NCBI RefSeq assembly: GCF_009914755.1
Contig: NC_060946.1
Direction: 5' to 3' (one strand)
Length of the DNA: 64,000 nucleotides
Source: the human T2T-CHM13v2.0 reference genome, Homo sapiens
Shown piece by piece: positions 57,182-64,000 of the stretch. Position 1 is the first letter of the stretch; the number at the start of each line of letters is the position of its first letter. The notes beneath the pieces are model-generated. The model made no database searches. It saw only the letters and a program-made list of their open reading frames with translations, and was not told where the DNA came from. The position numbers and the translations under genes were made by a program.

Positions 57182-59004
57182 TTTATCCGTATTTTTAGAG
57201 GTTAATCCCAGCAGCACTCCTGGTAGAGAGCTAATAACCCATGATAACTGATGAGAAAACCGGGGAGGAGAAGTTCAAGTACGTCCGAGGTCACCTGGCT
57301 GGAGGCTGGCTGACCCAGAACCTAGACCTGGCCTGTCTCTGAGGCTGTCTCTCACTTGCTGTATTACACATTTGCACGGAGTGCTGGGCCATCAGGAGTT
57401 AGTCAGATTCCATGGACAGCTCTGCCTATAGCTTTGTGTGGTTACCTGCCAGAGCCAGGATGGCCGGGCTCCCCACAGTTGGCTGCTTTTCTTGGATTGA
57501 ATGTACTGATCTCCCTCTTGTTCTGAGTCTCAGTTGACATCCAGGCAGTGTCTCCACCCAGCCGAATTGTCTCATCAGCAAATGAACACCCTGGTAGGGT
57601 TTGCATCCGGCAACCTCTGAGCAGGCCTCACTCTCCCTATGGGTTGGTCCCTCACTGTGTCGTACCTGTGTATTCACCCAAGATTCAGTGAGAACTTGGG
57701 CCCAGTACTCTGCGTTCCTGACCTTCAAGGGCCTTCTGTTACTTCAGATAACGGGAAGCTGCCGTTTCTGTGAAAACTCCTTATCACTTAAGAGAGCATT
57801 TTTCTGTTTTCCTAGAAGAGTCTTCAAAACCCAGTTTCCATCTCCCACTCACTTCTCTTTCTCTAAGAGACTTTGACACACAGGAGCTTTGAAGAAGAAA
57901 GCTGCCTGTTTCTCAGGGATGGAATTTCTTAATCTGAGCTCCATGTACATCTTCTGTGAGATATTCTTACACATTTTTTATCACTGCAGTGATGTTAAGT
58001 ATTCAGTCTAGTGAACCCTCTGATTTTTATTAACTTTTCTTCTTTTTATTTTGAAGTAGGTGTCAGATTGGGCATGGAGTAGGAGGGGGGTGCTTTTCCT
58101 GGGACAAGATGAAGTTAACTTTGGGCAGACTCCTGCATTGATAAGCTCACAGCTAAAAAATTGGCTCCCAATCCCCTGCCGTCTCCAATCATTGCAATGC
58201 AAATTCGATAGAAAAGAGCTGCAGGGGTCCCTGGCAGCTGAAAATCAGTCTGCATTGAAATGGGAATAGATGCCACCACCTAGGTATTGGAAAGCCAAGT
58301 TCCCAGGCTGAGGAAAAGGGAAAATTCCCTTCTCTGTCAAAACTGTCAAATTACCCAACCGAGGGGAGATGCCAACCTCTTAGCTCGTCTCTCTTCAATC
58401 ATCTGTAGGGGCAGGCGGCCAGTTGTTTTTGACCCAGCACCCCTATCCACTGCTCACAGATGCCCAGCCAGCTCCGGCCACCTCCCCTCCTTTCAGGGAA
58501 GGAGAAGGTGGAAAGGTCAAGTTCTGCTTGAACAGCCCTGAAACTTCCCTGTTTTCTGGCCCTCCCAGCCAACACTGGTGGAGAGGAGGCTTCCCCTGCT
58601 GCTGGAGCTCACCCCATGAATAAATAATGAGCAGGTGGATGATTCCATCCTGTTAGCTTCAGCTTCTGCAGCTTCCTGACAAACAGAACTCTGATTGTGA
58701 TGGCAGAGTTTTTGTTTCGTTTTTGAATTTCACGTCATTAATATTTTTTCTTTCTAAACTTACTGTCATTGAGAGTCTTGATGTTCAAAGATTTCTCTGT
58801 GAATCAATTTATAGCATACATAATACAATCAGAGGCGGAGAGCTGGGAGAAGCATCTGGAATCAGCCAGTCTGCTCCCACAGTTAATAGATCAGGAAACT
58901 GAGGCCCAGAGAGAAGACATAGTCTGCCCAAGGTCACTCACGGACTCAGAGGCTAAGTTGCAGCTTTTTAGAACTGTCAAGCATGTCTTCTGATCTATCA
59001 TAAT

Positions 59005-59510
59005 CCATCTATCCATCCAACCATCCATCCATCCATCCACACATCCATCCATCCATCCATCCATCCATCCATCCATCATCCATCCATCCATCCATCATCC
59101 ATCCATCCATCCATCCATCCATCCATCCATCTATCCATCCACACACCCATCCATCCACACATCCATCCATCCATCCATCCATCCATCCATCCTTCCATCC
59201 ATCCACACACCCATCCATCCATCCATCCATCCATCCATCCATCCATCCACACATCCATCCATCCATCCATCCATCCATCCATCCATCCATCCACACACCC
59301 ATCCATCCATCCATCCATCCATCCACACACCCATCCATCCATCCATCCATCCATCCATCCATCCATCCATCCATCCATCCACACACCCATCCATCCATCC
59401 ATTCATCCATCAATCACACCCATCTATCTACCATTCATCCATTTATCAATCCACACATCCATTCATCCATTCAACATTCAACATTCAACATCCATCCATC
59501 TGTTCATCCA
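59005..59510. repeat. (CATC)n/(GGAT)n array with CACAC interruptions
   Basis: Directly visible; source of the MDGWMDG ORFs. Confidence 0.97.
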
Positions 59511-59576
59511 TCCAACAACTGAGAGAGGTGTGCTGTCCCTGTGATTGCATATGGGTAGAAATGAAAGGCATGAAAC

Positions 59577-59646
59577 TATATATATATATACATATATATA
59601 TGTGTATATATATACACATATATATATGTGTATATATATATGTATA
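59577..59646. repeat. (TA)n-rich microsatellite
   Basis: TATA/TACA/TGTA run. Confidence 0.9.
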
Positions 59647-59761
59647 CCTTCCATTGGGGTTTCAGGGACTCCAGGAGAGAGGATGAGTGAAAGTCACCTA
59701 ATTGGAAGCCATTGTTGGCTGGGGGTGGGGGTGAGCCAGGCTTCGCATATGCTATAGGCAC

Positions 59762-60300
59762 TGTAAACCTCAAGTAAACAAAAGGGTCAGAATCTAGTTT
59801 AAAGAGAGTTCATTCAATTGCAGAGCTGAGGATGAGCCACCCGGGAAACACAGATTCCAAAGAATGGAAGTCAGTGTTCCGAAGTGCAGAAGTTTGGGAT
59901 TGCATACATAAACAAAGTTCAGGGAAGACTAACAGAATTTCAATATCTTTCTATATAAGGTTAAATGTATAGTTACAACAATCTGATTAGTTGAGGTGGT
60001 CTTTTTCTTTCAGAAAAGGTATATTTAGCATTCTACACTGAAGATGTAATGGTTATGGGGTCTTGAGCACCATCTGGGCTGAGTTGAGTACAGGGCAATA
60101 AAGGAGGCAGTGAATCCATAGCAAAGTCTTGGATTGGAAGGGGGAGGCCTGGTACAAGAGCAATGAGGAAGATAATTCATCTCTCCTCATTTATAATCTA
60201 AGAAGCAGAATTGCAAACATGCTACATAACACAGTCTCTAGGGCTTAACCTCTCCCTTGGCATAATACATTTAGAGGGTCCTGACATTTTATTTTCCACA
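59762..60300 (-). mobile_element. ERV1 (MER4-group-like) solo LTR
   Basis: TGT..ACA termini, ~540 bp, CAATCTGATTAG and TTTTATTTTCCACA ends; subfamily not determined. Confidence 0.6.
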
Positions 60301-62919
60301 CCTTTTCGAGGTGGGGATGCAGTTAAGGATGAGTGTCATTGGGTAGAACAGTCAGAGGATAAAGCTGGACTGAGAAAGCTTAAAGAGGAGGGGCTATGGA
60401 GCCATACCTCTGAGGAGGGGCAGGCTTTCCAGCAGGGCTGGAGCTCAGAGCCATCAAAACATCCCTCTGAACAGTTAAAAATAGGACTCTCCTCTAAATA
60501 TGGAATGAACACTCCTCAAAGATTAACTTACCTCACGAACAGGGAGCTGGCAGGAGGGTGAACCCCATTCAAAGGAGAATTTGAGGAACAGGTGCTTACA
60601 CCATAAGCCAGGAAGGCGAGCTGAAATCAGGTTGCTACGTTAAAGGCAAAGCTGGTTGCTGTCCTCCAGGGCAATGAAGTCATCGCCTGTGGGGTTATCT
60701 TCTTCACCAGGTAGAAGTCATTTGCATCTTTGCCAGGCAGAAATCCACAGCTTGACAAATAATTTCAGAGTCTGGGAATGAATCAGTAGGAAAGAGCAGT
60801 AGGAAAGGAGCCTCCCTAAAGAACAAACTCTCGCATATGTGGGCTGCTAGACGGTAGCCCCGTGTGGCGTCGGAAGCCATCCTTTTGCTTATTTGCAAGT
60901 CTTGGATGATTTTTTTTAAACAGAGGCAGGCTCTGGAGTTGGAGTGTCATGTTCACATCCCACCTTTGCCTCTCGCAGGTGGCTGTGGGACTACCCCTTC
61001 TTCCTGCTCTGAGCTGGGCTTCCTCATCTGAGGATGAGTACAGGGGATGGGGCCCGTCATCATGTATACATCATAGGTCAGTCCCGAAGATCGAATGAAG
61101 TCTACATATGAAGTGGTTGGCCCAGCCACAACTCAATAAATGTCAGGGGTAATTACAACAACATTTGAATATTAATGTAGGCAAGTCTCAGCATCATGAA
61201 GACTTTAAATAGCTGCTGGCTTGAGGCCAAAGCTACTGAAAAGGCAGTGATGGGAGAAGGGCCATAGAAGGCATGGATTCCCATTTATAGAATGAATCGA
61301 TGAAAACTCAGAACTGGTGGGGGAGGCAGCCACCATCTCTACTTCAGAGATTGCGGCTTCTGGCAGCAATGGTTGGTTTGAGCAGGTTTGAGTGGTCAGA
61401 TGTGTGCTCAGCAGGACATGGTGGGCATCTGGGAGATGAGGTGGAGCCAGAACCCGCAGAGTGTCAGGGCACAGGCAGGCAGCAGACCAAGCGAGGTCCA
61501 TGGGGCTGGGTGGCCTTCCTACCACCTGTCCTATCCAGGCCGCACTCGCAGGGAGTCTTTGTCCTGGGACCAGTGGTTGCTCCTGCCTCCAGGGCATGAC
61601 AGCCTCCAGGACAGGGCTTGCTGGGCATTCTGGGCTCTGAGTGGCAGCTCCAGGTCACCCTCGCCATCCGTCGGTGTTTTTGCCTGCCAGTTCACCTCTC
61701 AGCCGCATGCTGTCTGGCACTGGACTGGAGCCTGGCCATCTTGTCCACTCAAATCTCTGTGATGTGGAAGGCAGCCTGTCTATTCCAAGCAGCCCAATGT
61801 CCCCCAGATCCTGCCAGCATCTCTGAAGAGCCTCACCCTGAGGCCCTCGGGGCAGGAGTACCTATTGAGGCTGCCTTGATGGCACTCTGGATGCAGGGAA
61901 GCCGAGTGCCACCCTTGCTGAGGGGCACTACGCAGTCCTGCTCTCACCCTCGTGAGGAAAGCAAGCCCAGCTCCTCCCTAATGGGACCTCTTCCCTCCAT
62001 GCCTGGAGCCTGAGACTCAAAACAAGGCAGAGCTGCCCAATCCGCCTTCCCCCTGCCCTGAGGGGCAACTGCCATGACTCTTTCCATCCCACAGGGCAGC
62101 CTGGGAGAAGCCTGGTTCTTGCTTCCCTTCTCTTTGAGCCCACAGCCCTGGACCTAGAGGGTACATTCGTCAGGCAGCCCTCTTGGTTCTCTTCCCACTC
62201 ACCTGTAAACCCAGGTGCTTGCTGGCTCTGGCAAGAGGACCCTGGCAGTCTTGGTTCATTTGGGCAGCTATAGCAAAATACCACGAACTCGGGCCTGGAA
62301 GTCCAAAAACAAGACACCAGGCAGGTTCAGCATCTGGTGAGGGCTTCCTGCTTCCTTATTGCTATTGAGGTTTTATGGTATTGATTTTAATTGCATAAGA
62401 AGGAAGAGAGCAAAAGAGTTGGGATCAAACGTCAAAGTCTTCCAAATGTGAACAGCTACACACAGACTCTCCTGTGAGCACAAGGCCTTCATATGGGCTT
62501 GTTATGAAGGCTGCTCCTTACTGGGCCATCCTTGTTGATCCAAGCAAGAGGGATGTCCCGGGAAAGGACAGCAAGGGGATGAGGAAAATGCAGATGGCTG
62601 TAGCTCTGGGAGCCTTGGGAAAGTTGTCTGTTTTCCTGTTTCCTCATCTGTACAATGGAGACTGTGATGGTGAGAAGTTAGTGCAGTGGCTGCAGGGCTG
62701 AATGTGCAGATGCACAAGACCAGAACCCTCCCATGGTTCTTCTCTGTGCCTTGGGCCCACTGCTCAGCCTTGGAGCTGCTTGGCTGCTTCCTTCCTGACT
62801 TCAGGAGCTGGTGCCCCAGGACGCTGCAAACAGAGCCACAAGTGCTCAGGGGTGCACAGTTGGCTCTGTGCTGAACAGGTCCTTCTTCCTCTCATAGCTT
62901 CCATTTCTTCATCCTTCAG

Positions 62920-63415
62920 ATGATTCTAGGACTTGGCCAGGATAGCCTGAATGTTCCCATCAGCTTGGCTGATGCTTGGGCAGGCTTCTTCCTGACTTGA
63001 GGCCCCTGACCTCCCTTTGCTCAGAGCATTGCTTTAGAAAAATTGCGGTTGTAAGTCTCTCTCTGGCCCTTTGAGATGGAAACCTTCTACAACCCAGGAA
63101 TGTATTTCTCAAGGACCTGGAAGTGGTTCCTTCAAAACATGATCATCAGGAAGATGGTGCCCCCGACTCCCAGTCCCTGAGGGAGGGGAGCCTGATGTTG
63201 ATGAGAGGTGATTGGCAAACACACACAGCCTGATCACATCAGCCCACCTTCCCCCAGTGTCCTCTAGGACTTTACCCCTAGCTCATTCCAAAGCTTCAAA
63301 ACCCTCCTACCTGTTGTTTCAGTGGAATTGAGTTCAATCTCTCTCCCAGGTTGCAATAGTCTTGGATAAAATCTTCCTTGCCTGTTTAACTCTGACCAGT
63401 ACATTTTTTTTTTAA
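62920..63415 (+). mobile_element. ERV1 LTR (MER31/MER67-like)
   Basis: GGCCCCTGACCTCCCTTT..CCCTTTGAGATG..TTCTCAAGGACCTGG..TTGAGTTCAATCTCTCTCCC..TTGCAATAGTCTTGGATAAAATCTTCCTT. Confidence 0.7.
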
Positions 63416-64000
63416 GACTCCGCCATTTAGTGTTATATATATTTTTCAGGTAAGTTACATAAGTTGTGCAGCCTCAGTCTCTTTTCAGCCTTCACATATT
63501 TGCTCAAAGCATCTGGGCCACCCTCTTCCTTCCCCACCCTCCTTTCTAAATGCTTCCTTCCCATTTTTCAACGTTCTTCTGCTGATTTATCCCTGCCCAG
63601 CGGTAGTCAGTGACCCTCCTTTCCCTTGACTCTAAGCCTGATGAGCTTCGCTCTCTTGTTTTGCTTCTGGGCTGCTCTTCAGGCACAGAGTCGAAGTTGG
63701 GTGAACTCATGAATTTACGGCTCCCCATTTTCAAGTCCAGCCCTGGCATATATACAAAGCTCCAGGGTTGTCTTACTGCCTATCCTGGGTTTATTTCAAA
63801 CTCAGTATAGGAAAGAAAGCTTATAATTGCCCCCTCATCCCCCAAGACACCACTTTCCCTCCTTATTTTTTCTGCTTCTCAAATGCCTAGGTATTCTCTG
63901 AGCCCTGACTCAATAAAGTGGAGCCAGTCTTTGTCTCCACCCATATCTAATCCATCTTTCCCTTCTGTTAGGAAAAAGTTCACTCCTCTCTATTTATATG

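Noticed and set aside
59009-59413. MDGW-repeat ORFs; possible EWS-FLI1 response microsatellite
   Set aside because: Simple-repeat translation; the motif is GGAT, not the GGAA bound by EWS-FLI1

Overview
Human-type (primate) genomic DNA. I can support no protein-coding gene, rRNA, tRNA or CRISPR array, and nearly all ORF-track calls come from simple repeats, Alus or decayed L1. The window opens with a GC-rich ~13 kb block containing a CpG-dense MLT2 (ERV-L) LTR that looks like an antisense-oriented promoter, followed by a strong splice donor (11120/11121). I tentatively recall this as exon 1 of the lncRNA LINC02910/C20orf197 at 20q13.33; that is unverified memory and needs BLAT. An AT-rich multilayer retroelement nest follows (17-28 kb), holding a young AluYa5 and a 32-bp minisatellite. 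Next is a zone of long simple-sequence arrays, including an inverted (GAT/GGT)n and (CAT/CAC)n pair. A full-length RPL7 processed pseudogene on the minus strand is split by an Alu (41.9-43.0 kb). The rest is Alus, MaLR/ERV LTRs, MIR/L2 and MER DNA transposons. I found no convincing previously undescribed biological system; the best leads are the LTR-derived promoter, the AluYa5 and the inverted triplet arrays. Repeat subfamily names are by eye and most boundaries are approximate.
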